Shown here piece after piece: positions 15,581 to 25,675 of a stretch of DNA of 64,000 nt. Origin of the DNA: an uncultured Trueperaceae bacterium. GTDB lineage: Bacteria; Deinococcota; Deinococci; Deinococcales; Trueperaceae. Where the stretch lies: assembly GCA_963799485.1 (NCBI GenBank), contig CAWCXJ010000004.1, forward strand, positions 64,001 through 128,000. Direction: 5' to 3'. The stretch's first letter is position 1; each line of letters starts with the position of its first letter. Under the pieces are notes generated by a model. It was not told the DNA's origin. It saw only the letters and a list, made by a program, of their open reading frames with translations, and made no database searches. The translations under genes and the position numbers were made by a program.

Positions 15581-15961
15581 ATTGAGGCTAAAAAAAAGAA
15601 TTGCCCAACCGATAAGTTGCAGCACGCCGCCGATAGGAGCAACCGCGCCCAAAATCGACACGCCGCTCCATACCAGTGCGTAAAGGCTGCCGGAAAAGAC
15701 GATGCTCCCGATAAAGAGCCACGGCGCAGCCCGCTGCGCCCGCAGCGGCAACGCGCCTAAAGCCAGCAGACCTAGCGCGTGAAACATTTGGTAACGGACG
15801 GCGGTTTGGTAGGTCTCGAGCTGACCCGAACTCAGCACCCCGTTAAGGGCGTGCGCCCCGAACGCGCCGAGCCCAACACCTAAAAAGGCGAGCAGCGCAC
15901 CGAGTTGAGCCGGGTTGATAGGGGAGCGTTCGGCCTTAGCAGTTTGAATCGTCGTTGCCAT
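15569..15961 (-). CDS. DUF423 (YgdD/TMEM256-like) membrane protein
   Basis: LGAFGAHAL, TAVRYQMFHALGL, FSGSLYAL, GAVAPIGG. Confidence 0.9.
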   Translation of the reverse strand: MATTIQTAKAERSPINPAQLGALLAFLGVGLGAFGAHALNGVLSSGQLETYQTAVRYQMFHALGLLALGALPLRAQRAAPWLFIGSIVFSGSLYALVWSGVSILGAVAPIGGVLQLIGWAILFFSLNKKS

Positions 15962-15968
15962 CTCCCGA

Positions 15969-16679
15969 TTATAGGGCGACTTGCACCGGTGCGTGGTTGG
16001 GCGCAGCTTCACCCTCTAATACGCCGTCGGCAAAGTTGAGCACCCGGTCTACCTCGTCTACAAGCCGCGCGTCGTGCGTCACTAAAATGACGGTTCGACC
16101 CTCCTTAGCGGCTTGGCGGAGCGTTGCCACGACGACCTTGCCGCTTTTCGAGTCGAGGTTGCCGGTCGGTTCGTCGGCAAAGACCACATCCGGGTCGTTG
16201 GCGAGCGCCCGCGCGACGCTGACGCGTTGCCGTTCGCCGCCGGAGAGTTTGTGTGGCAGGTGGTGGGCCCTGGCTTCCAGACCGAAGCGACTGAGTAGCG
16301 CCACGGCTTTCTTTTTGCGCTCTCCGGTATGAACCCCGGCCAGCCCCATCGGAAAGGCGACGTTTTGCCACGCATTTTGCACCGCAATCAGGTTGTACGA
16401 CTGAAATACGAAGCCGAAACGCCTGAGCCGCAACTCAGCGCGTTCGTTTTCGGGTAGGGTGCTGACTACCGTGTCGCCGAGCCGAACTTCACCGGCAGTC
16501 GGCGTGTCGAGTCCGGCAAGAAGATTTAGCAGCGTCGTTTTGCCCGAACCCGACGGACCCATAATCGCCGTGATAGAGCCCACCGGAAAGGTATAAGAAA
16601 ACCCGGCGAGGGCCACGACCTCGCCGCCGGGGTCGCGGTAAACTTTGCGTAACTGACGGGCAGAGAGTTGCGTATTCAC
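15969..16679 (-). CDS. ABC transporter ATP-binding protein (LolD/MacB-type)
   Basis: GPSGSGKT, FGFVFQSYNL, LSGGERQR, ADEPTGNLD, VTHD; GTG 16679 sits 5 nt after TATACT. Confidence 0.93.
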   Translation of the reverse strand: MNTQLSARQLRKVYRDPGGEVVALAGFSYTFPVGSITAIMGPSGSGKTTLLNLLAGLDTPTAGEVRLGDTVVSTLPENERAELRLRRFGFVFQSYNLIAVQNAWQNVAFPMGLAGVHTGERKKKAVALLSRFGLEARAHHLPHKLSGGERQRVSVARALANDPDVVFADEPTGNLDSKSGKVVVATLRQAAKEGRTVILVTHDARLVDEVDRVLNFADGVLEGEAAPNHAPVQVAL

Positions 16680-16733
16680 GCCCAAGTATAGCGTTGACGT
16701 ATCCCAAAAATTGTTCCGGGTATTGTTCCGACC

Positions 16734-18464
16734 TTAGCGGCCACCTGAACTGCCGCCGCCGCCCCCGCCGCCCCCGCCGGCAACCGATCCGCCCGACGAC
16801 GCGGACGCTCCCGCCGAACTCAGGGCGCTGCTCAGTGAGCTGAGTGAACTCGTCACGTCGCCTAAACTCTGAAACTGCCCGGCTGAGGTGCGACCGAGCC
16901 AGAGTGGAGCGTAGCCTACGCCGCGCTCGCCGCGTTCGGGCGCGGCCCGCTTCATGTTTTTGAGAAACTTATCCGCCACGCCCAGGGCCGCCGCGTAGCA
17001 GTAGTAAACTTCCCAGAGCTTGAAAAAATCGTCGGGTGCCCGTTTCATCTGCGTGTAGTCCGACAAGGTGCGTCTGAAACCCTGCCAACCGAGCGCTTCG
17101 GGGGCGACCTCTTTACGCCACGCCGGAACCGTTACCAGGGCCAGAACGCCAAGTATGCCGCAAAGTACGGCCCCAACGATAAAGATAATCTGCGCCACAC
17201 CGAGTGTCAGAACAGCGCCCAAGACACATCCGCCGGTTGCCAGTAGCGCAAGCGCAAACCATAGTCCGGCAGACCGCTGACTGCGGGGCTCGAGCCTCGT
17301 CCCGCCGAGTTCTTTGCTGAGCCACAACCCGACACCGTTCCACCAACCACCTAAAAAACTGCTCAGATGCTTTTCGGAGTAGCGTTTGAGTTCTCTAAAC
17401 TCGAGGTAATCGGGGTCGCCCCTGCTGCTTTTGGCGGCGCGTTTAAGGTAGGTCCGCACCTCACGCTCGAAGGGCAAAAGCCCACCGTCGTCTTTGTCCG
17501 AGAGCCGCATGTTGAACTTGCCCGCCTTGGAGTCGAACACGCCGTAACCGCGCCGCGCCAAATCCATAATGGTCGCGTGAAAGGCGGGGCCGGGGCCGCC
17601 CGCAAACCGCGAAGCGAAGTAAGGAACCGCGGCAGGGGGCCGGTCGGCGGGCGGTTCAAACGGGTAGCGCATGGCGAGCGCGGTCGGTCGGTACTTGCGT
17701 GCAGCCCGCACGATACCGACCCCTAAACCAGCGACAGGGAGCAGCACGAGTGCGCCCCACCACGGGTTACGGCGCGTTTTGTCGAGGCCGGCGACGCGTG
17801 TTTCATCGCGTAAAAGGCGTTCAAATCCCGGCTCATCTCCTTCGACGCTGAACAGCTCCGGCGGCATCAGGTAACGGATTTCGACGCCAGTATCTCCGGG
17901 TACACGGTCGTAACGAACGGTGAGCGTCTGCCGGTCTTCCGAGAGGTTGACGGTCGGTAGTTCGGTGTTGCCGAGGCGGTGGACATAAGCGTCGTAAGGG
18001 CCGGTCATCGGCCCCGGTATCTGCACGGTGAGGTCGTAACCGCGTACCGGTGGGTGCGTCTCTTCTAAAATCTTCCAGTACCACTGCACCACGTCGCTGT
18101 AGGGCTCGAGTGACCCCTCCAAACGGTAACGGTAAAACACCCGCCGCTCGCTGACCCGCTGATTTTGTTTAACCACCAGTTCCGTACCGCCTGAGCCGTC
18201 TTCACACGGTTGCTGAAACGCTGCTGCTGCCGGGCCGGGTGACAGTGCGCCGCCCTCTAAAAGCGTAAGCTGCTGCCCTGCAGCGAGGTTGATACAGACG
18301 AACGCCTCACCGAAATCCTCGTCGGTCGTCAGGGTGCGCTCGTCACGGACGATAACCGAGCCGTCGGCCTGAAGGCTGACCTGCTGCACCACGTCACGCC
18401 AGGTAAAATCTTGCGCGCTCACTAAGCTTAGAAGGCTCAAAAGCCCCGTGAAAAACCGTTTCAT
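16734..18464 (-). CDS. DUF2207 family membrane protein
   Basis: Signal peptide, periplasmic domain, ATIMDLARRG, YAAALGV, Gly/Ser-rich C-terminus. Confidence 0.8.
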   Translation of the reverse strand: MKRFFTGLLSLLSLVSAQDFTWRDVVQQVSLQADGSVIVRDERTLTTDEDFGEAFVCINLAAGQQLTLLEGGALSPGPAAAAFQQPCEDGSGGTELVVKQNQRVSERRVFYRYRLEGSLEPYSDVVQWYWKILEETHPPVRGYDLTVQIPGPMTGPYDAYVHRLGNTELPTVNLSEDRQTLTVRYDRVPGDTGVEIRYLMPPELFSVEGDEPGFERLLRDETRVAGLDKTRRNPWWGALVLLPVAGLGVGIVRAARKYRPTALAMRYPFEPPADRPPAAVPYFASRFAGGPGPAFHATIMDLARRGYGVFDSKAGKFNMRLSDKDDGGLLPFEREVRTYLKRAAKSSRGDPDYLEFRELKRYSEKHLSSFLGGWWNGVGLWLSKELGGTRLEPRSQRSAGLWFALALLATGGCVLGAVLTLGVAQIIFIVGAVLCGILGVLALVTVPAWRKEVAPEALGWQGFRRTLSDYTQMKRAPDDFFKLWEVYYCYAAALGVADKFLKNMKRAAPERGERGVGYAPLWLGRTSAGQFQSLGDVTSSLSSLSSALSSAGASASSGGSVAGGGGGGGGGSSGGR

Positions 18465-18503
18465 AGGGCTGAGCTTACGCGCTTTGGACTCGAGTTGGCT
18501 AGA

Positions 18504-19658
18504 TTATTCGCGCGACATGGCCACGGCAATCGGGATACGTGCGGCGCGGGCAGCGGGTAAGAGTCCCGACAAGATACCCATCAAAAAGGCGATAGCGACA
18601 GCAAAAACGCCGAGCCTCAGAGTGAGCGCGGCGACGTCCAAGCCGATTAAGTTTTCGGCAATCCGGTTGACGGCAAAAATACCGAGCCGCCCGAGAGCGA
18701 CGCCGAACACCGCTCCGACAAGACTGAGCAGCACGGACTCGCTCAAGACCAGGCCGAACAAAAACCGGGGCCTTGCGCCGACCGCCCGGATGACGCCGAA
18801 CTCGCGGGTACGCTCGAACACGCTCATCAAGACGGTGTTGGCAACGGAAATCGCGCCGACGATGAGGGCGATGGCGCTGATGCCTAAGCGCACCACGTCG
18901 CTGATACGAACGCCGCGCTCGAGTACCTGCAAAACCTCACCCTGGGTTTGAAACCCGAGGTCGGGGTAGGCACTGCTCAGCGCCGCCGCAACTTCTCCGG
19001 CCCGGCCCGGCTCCTCTACGTCGAGCGCAAAAAAACTGACGCGGTCGCGGATGCCAATCGCCGTTTGCAGCACAGGTAGCGGCACGAGGACGGCGTTATC
19101 GACGAGCCCACCCCCGGAACGCGCGACGCCGACAATCTCGAGGCTGCTCTCCGGGTTGAGCCGGAGCGTATCGCCGATACCTATGCTGTTGCGTTCCGCG
19201 ACCTGTTCACCGATGACGGCAACTTTTGCGTTGCTGTCTTTTTGCGTCAACCCTCGCCCGCGGACGACGGCGTAATCGAAATAGAGGCTGCCCACGTCCA
19301 AACCGGCGGGCAAACCCTGAAACAAAAACGAACTCCCCGGTGAAAAACCGCCCCGCGCGTAGAGCAAGATCGGGGTCACGCGGGTAATGCCGTACTGCTC
19401 ACGGGCGTCCCGAAGTTCAGCGGCGAAGCGGAGCGGCAGTTCGGGTATAGCGGTCAAGGCGGTTGTATCGAAGGGGCCGTAACTCACCTGAATGGCGGGG
19501 CCGATACCGCCGATTTCACGGGTGAAGACCTGCCGCAAACCCTCGCCGAGCGACAAAAAGATAACGGTCGAGGCGACGGCGACGGCGATGCCGAGCGCCG
19601 TTAAAAACGTCCTCAGGGGGCGCAAACGAAGCGACTGCAGCGCGAGCGACCAGATCAT
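18504..19658 (-). CDS. ABC transporter permease (MacB/FtsX-type)
   Basis: RTFLTALGIAVAV, ERTREFGVIRAVGA, LPAARAARIP. Confidence 0.92.
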   Translation of the reverse strand: MIWSLALQSLRLRPLRTFLTALGIAVAVASTVIFLSLGEGLRQVFTREIGGIGPAIQVSYGPFDTTALTAIPELPLRFAAELRDAREQYGITRVTPILLYARGGFSPGSSFLFQGLPAGLDVGSLYFDYAVVRGRGLTQKDSNAKVAVIGEQVAERNSIGIGDTLRLNPESSLEIVGVARSGGGLVDNAVLVPLPVLQTAIGIRDRVSFFALDVEEPGRAGEVAAALSSAYPDLGFQTQGEVLQVLERGVRISDVVRLGISAIALIVGAISVANTVLMSVFERTREFGVIRAVGARPRFLFGLVLSESVLLSLVGAVFGVALGRLGIFAVNRIAENLIGLDVAALTLRLGVFAVAIAFLMGILSGLLPAARAARIPIAVAMSRE

Positions 19659-19729
19659 AGGGTGTCCACGCTTTAGTCTACCGACACCCGCACGCAGTTA
19701 TCCCCCTCGGCCTTACGGTTGCCCGTAAC

Positions 19730-20830
19730 TCAGTACGCTTCGCCGACAACTGCGCCCGAGGTTCCTAGGGGCTGCGCCGGGGCGTCCCCTTTAGCGACCG
19801 AGACGCCGCCCGCATTACCGCTAAAGATGTAAACGGGCGCGCTAAAGCTGTAAGTAGCGCCGGGTTGGGCCGTCTCGTAGACGAGGCGTTCGCCGCCTCT
19901 GGTATTGCCCCGGTAGACCTCGAGCCAAGCCTCCGCCGAGACCGTCACGACGACCTGAGCGGCAGCTTGAGGCGCGGGTGCAGCTGCTCGAGCAGGCGCT
20001 TCTACACGTATTCCCATGACTGTCGCCGGTCTTACACCTCTAGGAAACAGTGTAATATTCAGGCGGCGGTCACGGCTCAGGTCGAGGGTGCGTTCAAAGG
20101 TGCCGTAACCGCCGCGCTCGACCTTGAGCGTGCGGTTTCCGGCGCGTACCGGGGCGTCCACAACCGGGCTCTGCCCGAAACGGTAACCGTCGATGCTGAT
20201 CTCCGCGCCCGGCGGCGTCGTTCGGAGTGAGAGCAAAATCATTGCTGGAGCCGCCGGCGTTGAGGTTGTCGAGGGTGCCGGTTGCGACGGTTCGGCGAGC
20301 TGCGTTTGTCCCGGCTCGGTTTGTGCCGGCGTCAATTGTCCGGGCGTCAACGCTCCGTCGAACGCACGCAGGGCGAGCCAGATGGCGGCGGCGACGAGCA
20401 GCAGTGAGGCGAGCAGCCGCGTAAACCGTCCGAGCCGAGGGTGCACCGACGCGTTACCCGAGGCGGGTAGTCCCAGCCCCGCAGGTTCAGCTTGCGTAGC
20501 CGGACTTTGCGCCGGACTTCGCCGCTCCTGCGCGTACAAGAGCAGGGCGCGGGCCGGCTCGAGGCCGACGGCCCGCGCGTAGAGCCGGACAAAATTTTTA
20601 CCGTCGGCCTCGCTGGGCAAGTCGGCAAAGCGTCCGGCCTCGAGCGCCTCGAGGTATGAAAGCCGGACGTTGGTTATTTCGCTCAGGTCTTCGAGCTCGA
20701 GGTTGTTCTCCCGGCGCGCCTCGCGGAGCGTTTGACCGAGGCGGTTGGGGCGCTGAACGGTTATTCGGGTACGGCGTTTGGCGGTGGGGTCGCTGCGGAA
20801 GGTGGGCAGATTGGCAGGCGAATCGTCCAT
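19730..20830 (-). CDS. RodZ-like protein (HTH, TM helix, PEGA-like domain, C-terminal DUF4115-like domain)
   Basis: LGQTLREAR...YLEALEAG.F..LP...FVRLYARAVGL; TTPPGAEISIDG; AWLEV...GNAGGVSV. Confidence 0.78.
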   Translation of the reverse strand: MDDSPANLPTFRSDPTAKRRTRITVQRPNRLGQTLREARRENNLELEDLSEITNVRLSYLEALEAGRFADLPSEADGKNFVRLYARAVGLEPARALLLYAQERRSPAQSPATQAEPAGLGLPASGNASVHPRLGRFTRLLASLLLVAAAIWLALRAFDGALTPGQLTPAQTEPGQTQLAEPSQPAPSTTSTPAAPAMILLSLRTTPPGAEISIDGYRFGQSPVVDAPVRAGNRTLKVERGGYGTFERTLDLSRDRRLNITLFPRGVRPATVMGIRVEAPARAAAPAPQAAAQVVVTVSAEAWLEVYRGNTRGGERLVYETAQPGATYSFSAPVYIFSGNAGGVSVAKGDAPAQPLGTSGAVVGEAY

Positions 20831-20843
20831 AGCGCGCTCCTAC

Positions 20844-21746
20844 TCAGGCGAGTTGAGGTTTGGCGGGGCGAACCAGCTCGAGCGCCACCTGTGCGCCCAA
20901 ACGGGCATTTTCCCGCAAGAGTCTGAGGTTTACGTCCATCGCCCGCCCGTCTGACAGGGCGGCGAAACGGGCCAAAAGAAAGGGGGTGAGGTCTTTGCCG
21001 CTGAAATTCTGCTGTTTGGCCTCTTTAAGGGCCGTCTCCAGCCAACTTGCAACTTCTCCAGCTTCAAGTCCTTGCGAAACCGGTTTGGCGACCAGCAGCG
21101 CAGCGGGTAGGCCCAGCGCCCGCGCCGCCTGAAACGTTCCGGCAACTTCATCCGGGGTGTCGCAACGGGCCGGCACCGGCAATTCGGTTTCAGGGACGTG
21201 AAATCCGGCGAAGCGGCCCGTGCCGTAGCCGACGACCGGCACCCCGAGGGTCTCGAGGCGCTCCAAGGTCGCCCCCTGATTGAGGATTGACTTGGCTCCA
21301 GCACAGACGACCACAAGCGGATTTTTTGAAAGCGCCAATAGGTCGGCGGACTCGTCGAAATCGTCGAAGTGAACGCCGCCGATACCGCCGGTGGCAAAAA
21401 CTTTGATGCCGACCTGCGCGGCGAGGTGCAGCGTTGCGGCAACTGTGGTGCCGCCGTCGCGCTTTTGGGCAACCAGTGCAGGCAGGTTCCAGATGGAGGC
21501 TTTGCTTACGTCGGTCGCGGCGAGATGCTGCAACTCGTCTGCTGACATTCCGATCACCACGTTGCCGCCGATCAGCCCCACGGTCGCCGGTACTGCACCC
21601 GCCTCGCGGACGGTGTTTTCTAACAACTGGGCAAGCGCCAGATTTTGCGGACGCGGCAGGCCGTGGGTGATAACAGTGGACTCTAGCGCGACGACCGCGC
21701 GGCCTTCGCGCAGCGCTTCCTGGACAGTTGGATGGATACGCCTCAC
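20844..21746 (-). CDS. psuG: Pseudouridine-5'-phosphate glycosidase
   Basis: VALESTVITHGLP, GTTVAAT, FATGGIGGVH, DESADL, CAGAKSIL, GKDLTPFLL. Confidence 0.93.
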   Translation of the reverse strand: MRRIHPTVQEALREGRAVVALESTVITHGLPRPQNLALAQLLENTVREAGAVPATVGLIGGNVVIGMSADELQHLAATDVSKASIWNLPALVAQKRDGGTTVAATLHLAAQVGIKVFATGGIGGVHFDDFDESADLLALSKNPLVVVCAGAKSILNQGATLERLETLGVPVVGYGTGRFAGFHVPETELPVPARCDTPDEVAGTFQAARALGLPAALLVAKPVSQGLEAGEVASWLETALKEAKQQNFSGKDLTPFLLARFAALSDGRAMDVNLRLLRENARLGAQVALELVRPAKPQLA

Positions 21747-21888
21747 GCTGAGTATCGTACCGCAACCGGGTGCAGAGCATCATGGGAGGTTTTCCTACAG
21801 TAGAGGGCGATAGCCGCGAGTTTTTTGGACAGGGTTTCGTGAGCTGAAACCTGTACCGAACACAGTAAAAGCATAGTAGAAATACAGC

Positions 21889-21922
21889 AAAACGGCCTTT
21901 ATTACCCTGCAAAGGCCGTTTT
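21889..21922. terminator. Terminator-like hairpin downstream of hflX
   Basis: AAAACGGCCTTT-N10-AAAGGCCGTTTT. Confidence 0.75.
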
Positions 21923-21967
21923 ACGGTCGTTGTACGTTGCCGCCTGAACTATCTGCGGTAGGGCCGC

Positions 21968-23677
21968 CTAGTCGTGTGACGACACGACGCCGTAGGCCGC
22001 CGTAAAATCTTCGGGTAAGGGGGTGTGCTGCTCGCCCTCGAGCGTTTTCGCCAGCAGCGCCTTGAGTTCGTCCAAGCCCGCGCCGGTCACGGCTGAAACG
22101 CTGTTCGCCTCATAACGTTCGCCGAGTTCGCGGACGATGTGTGCGTTGGCGAGATCGGCCTTGTTGAGGACGACCAAACGCGGAACCTCGAGCCCCAGCT
22201 CGTCTAAAATCCGGTTTACGGCGTCTACGCGGTCGGGCGCGCCGGGGGTGGCGGCGTCTACGACGTGCAGCAGCAAATCGGCGTCGTGCAGCTCTTCGAG
22301 GGTTGCCCGAAACGCGTTCAAGAGTTCGTCCGGCAGGTCTCTGATAAACCCCACCGTGTCGGTGTAAAGCGCCTTCGCGCCCCATTCACCGAGCGCCGGG
22401 AGCCAGCCCTCGCGGGTCGTTGGGCGGAGCGTGGCAAAGAGTTTGTTCTGACTGAGCGCGTCGGCTTTGGCGAGCACGTTGAAAAGGGTTGATTTTCCGG
22501 CGTTGGTGTAACCCACCAGAGCGATCACCGGCACGTCCGAACGGGTACGCCCTTTGCGGCTCTCGGAGCGGCGCTGACTGATTTCGCCGACGCTGCCCTC
22601 GAGCGCCGTAATGCGGTCGCGGATACGGCGGCGGTCGACCTCGAGCTTCGTTTCCCCCGGCCCCCTCGAGCCGATGCCGCCACCGAGTCGGCTCATCGCG
22701 CGACCCCGCCCAGCAAGGCGCGTCACCTGATATTGCAGCTGCGCCAGCTCGACCTGCAGCTGCGCCTCACGGCCCCGCGCGTTCTGCGCGAAGATATCCA
22801 GAATCAGCTGCGTGCGGTCGATGATTTTGAGATTTGTCTCGGCCTCGATGTCGCGGGCCTGCGCGGGATTGAGTTCGCGGTCGAAGATTAATAGGTCGGC
22901 GTCTTCGTGGTACGCCCTCGAGACCAGCTCTTGCAGTTTGCCGCGTCCAATCAGCGTCCGGGGGTCGGGCGACGCGCGGTTTTGTTTGCTCGTTACCGCG
23001 ACGGTTGCCCCGGCGCTGCGGGTCAGCTCAGACAGTTCGGCGAGGCGGGCGTCACTCTCGAAGGTGTTTTCGCCGGTGTTGAGGCCGATTAAAACGGCCC
23101 GTTCTTGCGAGCTGCGGGTGGTTTCACGGGCAGTGGCGCTCCGAGCCAGTTCTTCTTCTAGGGCTTGAATACGCTCGAGAATGTTGATTTTCTCCGCGTC
23201 GCGGGCGCTCATGGGTAGCTCGCGAATCCAGTCCTCTTCTTCAGACCCCGGCGGCGCGACCTGTGCGAGATGCACCTGCCCAACCTCGGTGTGACCCCGG
23301 CTGTTTTCTTGAACGTCCACCGCAATCATCGCGTCGAGGCGGTTCAAAAACAGCATCGACAGGTCGTTGTTCGACAGCCCACCCGGTTTGAGGTGCGTAT
23401 GGACGAGCCGGAGACCGTAAAGGCGTGAGTCCGCCTCCCCGGCCAGGCTCGGCAAGGGCGTTTCAGCGGCGTCGCCGAGCGCGACCGTGACGACGCGGCC
23501 CTGGCGGTCAACCAATGTTGAGACGTTTTTACGAAGTTCCAGCGCCAGTTCGCCCAAATCTCTGGCAAACTCCAAAGAGACCGGCACTTCCGGGGCCAAG
23601 CGGCGACGGTAAAGGTTTGAGAGACGTTTGATTTGAGCATTTTTAAGCGAAGAGAGTTTTCCGTGAACCTTATTGAT
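21968..23677 (-). CDS. hflX: Ribosome-splitting GTPase HflX, long form; probable ATC start at 23677
   Basis: DRTQLILDIF, GPGETKLEVDRR, GYTNAGKST, DTVGFI, NKAD; N-terminal LYRRR/HTH extension; GGAGG 5 nt before ATC. Confidence 0.93.
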   Translation of the reverse strand: MNKVHGKLSSLKNAQIKRLSNLYRRRLAPEVPVSLEFARDLGELALELRKNVSTLVDRQGRVVTVALGDAAETPLPSLAGEADSRLYGLRLVHTHLKPGGLSNNDLSMLFLNRLDAMIAVDVQENSRGHTEVGQVHLAQVAPPGSEEEDWIRELPMSARDAEKINILERIQALEEELARSATARETTRSSQERAVLIGLNTGENTFESDARLAELSELTRSAGATVAVTSKQNRASPDPRTLIGRGKLQELVSRAYHEDADLLIFDRELNPAQARDIEAETNLKIIDRTQLILDIFAQNARGREAQLQVELAQLQYQVTRLAGRGRAMSRLGGGIGSRGPGETKLEVDRRRIRDRITALEGSVGEISQRRSESRKGRTRSDVPVIALVGYTNAGKSTLFNVLAKADALSQNKLFATLRPTTREGWLPALGEWGAKALYTDTVGFIRDLPDELLNAFRATLEELHDADLLLHVVDAATPGAPDRVDAVNRILDELGLEVPRLVVLNKADLANAHIVRELGERYEANSVSAVTGAGLDELKALLAKTLEGEQHTPLPEDFTAAYGVVSSHD

Positions 23678-23749
23678 AAGACCCTCCAAAGGTAAAAGTC
23701 GGCGCGAAAACGCTGGATACAGCAGACCAAACTGAGTTGATTGACTTAG

Positions 23750-23902
23750 AAATGTGCAAGGCTGCACCTGATAAAGCACGCCGCAAAAAGCCGAAGCGCT
23801 CAGCGTAACTCTCCTCGCACACCTGACGCGGGCGTGTCGGGGAATGTGCTGTGCGTGCTAGACGTAGAAAAACCTCTTGAACATGATGATGCACTTATTA
23901 TA
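23750..23902 (-). promoter_or_regulatory. Structured hflX leader: TATAAT -10, uORF MFKRFFYV (23884-23858), hairpin plus U-tract (23804-23785)
   Basis: Elements read directly on the minus strand; function is inferred. Confidence 0.5.
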
Positions 23903-24008
23903 CTGCTTTTTTGTCCCCGCTGCTTGTAACAAAAGACGTATTCAAGCCGGTTGCATCTGGTCGAACGGCTTGACCTTATAGCTGCGCTCCCAAGCGCTCC
24001 AATATGCC

Positions 24009-25578
24009 ATGCTTGAGCTTATGAACGCTCACGAACAACGCCTCGCCGAAGGCTTTTTATTTACCGATTTGTACCAGCTCACGATGGCGCAGCTTTATTT
24101 CCGGGCCGGAATGGGGGAGACGCGGGCGCAGTTCGACCACTTTTTTCGTGATTACCCGAATTACGGCGACCATCAGGCCGGGTACTGCGTCAACGCAGGG
24201 CTCGGGTGGCTGCTCGACTGGATGGAAGCCTCGAGGGTCAACGACGATGACTTGGGGGTCTTAAAAGGGTTTACGGGGCGCACCGGCGAACGGCTGTTCG
24301 GTGACGACTTTTTAGACTGGCTTAAAAAACACGGTACTTTTGAATCTTTGACCCTCCGGGCAATTCCCGAGGGGCGCGTGGTGCATCCGGGAGTGCCTTT
24401 GACCGTGGTGGAAGGCCCGCTGATTATGGCGCAGATTTTAGAGACGGCGCTCCTGGCGCAGCTCAACTATCAGACGCTGATTGCCACCAAAGCGGCGCGG
24501 ATTAAAGAGAGTGCAAGGGGCGGGACGGTTTTGGAGTTCGGCGTGCGCCGCGCTCACGACCGGGGTGCAAACGCCGGAACGCGGGCCGCGCTCATCGGGG
24601 GCGCGGACTTTACCTCGAATACCGGGATTTCGCACGTGCTGGGTTTTCCGCCTAAAGGCACGCACGCGCACTCGATGGTGCAGGCGTTTATCGCACTTGG
24701 GCTCGGCGAGCTGGCGGCCTTCCGCGCCTACGCCGACACCTACCCGGACGAGTGCTTGCTGTTAGTTGACACCGTAGATACGCTTCATAGCGGCGTGCCG
24801 CACGCGATTACGGTCTTTGAAGAGCTGCGCCGTAAAGGACATGAACCGGTCGGCATCCGCCTCGACTCGGGCGATTTGGCGTACCTGAGCATCCAAGCGG
24901 CGAAGATGCTCAACGACGCGGGCTTTCCCGACACCTCGATTACGCTGAGCAGCAATCTTGGACGAACTCGTCATCTGGCAGATTCTCACGCAGATTACCC
25001 AGGAAGCGCCCGCGTATGGCCTCGCGCCCGACGCACTTATCAAACGCCTGACCTACGGCGTCGGCACGCGGCTCATCACCTCTGCCGGGGAAACGGCGTT
25101 AGGCGGCGTCTACAAACTCGTGGCGATTGACAAGGGCGGGCAGTGGCAACCGGCGATTAAACTCTCGGACTCACGCGACAAGGTACCGAACCCCGGCGGC
25201 AAGCGGGCGTGGCGTGTGTACGACGCCCGAAACCACGCGACCGCCGACCTGCTGACGACGCCGGACGAAACGCCGAGGGCCGGGGAACCCTTACGGCTGC
25301 ATCACCCGTCCGACCCGGCAAAAACGCGCTCATTGAGTGCGCGTAATGTGACTCGAGTCGAACCGCTGCTTACGACTATCCTGGAGGAGGGCCGCTTGGT
25401 CTATGACCTGCCCGACATTGCCGAGATGCGTGAAAGGCGTATTCACGACATCGCCGCGCTCAACACCGGGGTACGCCGCCTGGTGAACCCGCACATTTAT
25501 CATGTATCGCTTTCAGACAAGCTCCGGCGGCTCAAGCAAGAGCTGATGGCGTCGGTGAGGGGGGACAGCGCCGAGTAG
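24009..25578 (+). pseudogene. pncB: Nicotinate phosphoribosyltransferase with a +1 frameshift near 24958
   Basis: [39 protein letters not shown]; continues as LDE...YGVGTRL...LGGVYKLV...KLS in the next frame. Confidence 0.88.
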
Positions 25579-25659
25579 AAGCAGCAATGAGTAGCGAGCA
25601 ATGAGCAGTGAGTTAAAAGCTTTTACTCGTTGTTCGGTACTCATTACGCATTGCTGCTT
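25579..25659. repeat. Heptamer-periodic imperfect palindrome (copy 2)
   Basis: AAGCAGCAATGA-GTAGCGA-GCAATGA-GCAGTGA-GTTAAAAGCTTTTACTC...CATTGCTGCTT. Confidence 0.7.
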
Positions 25660-25675
25660 TGGTTATGCTTAACAG

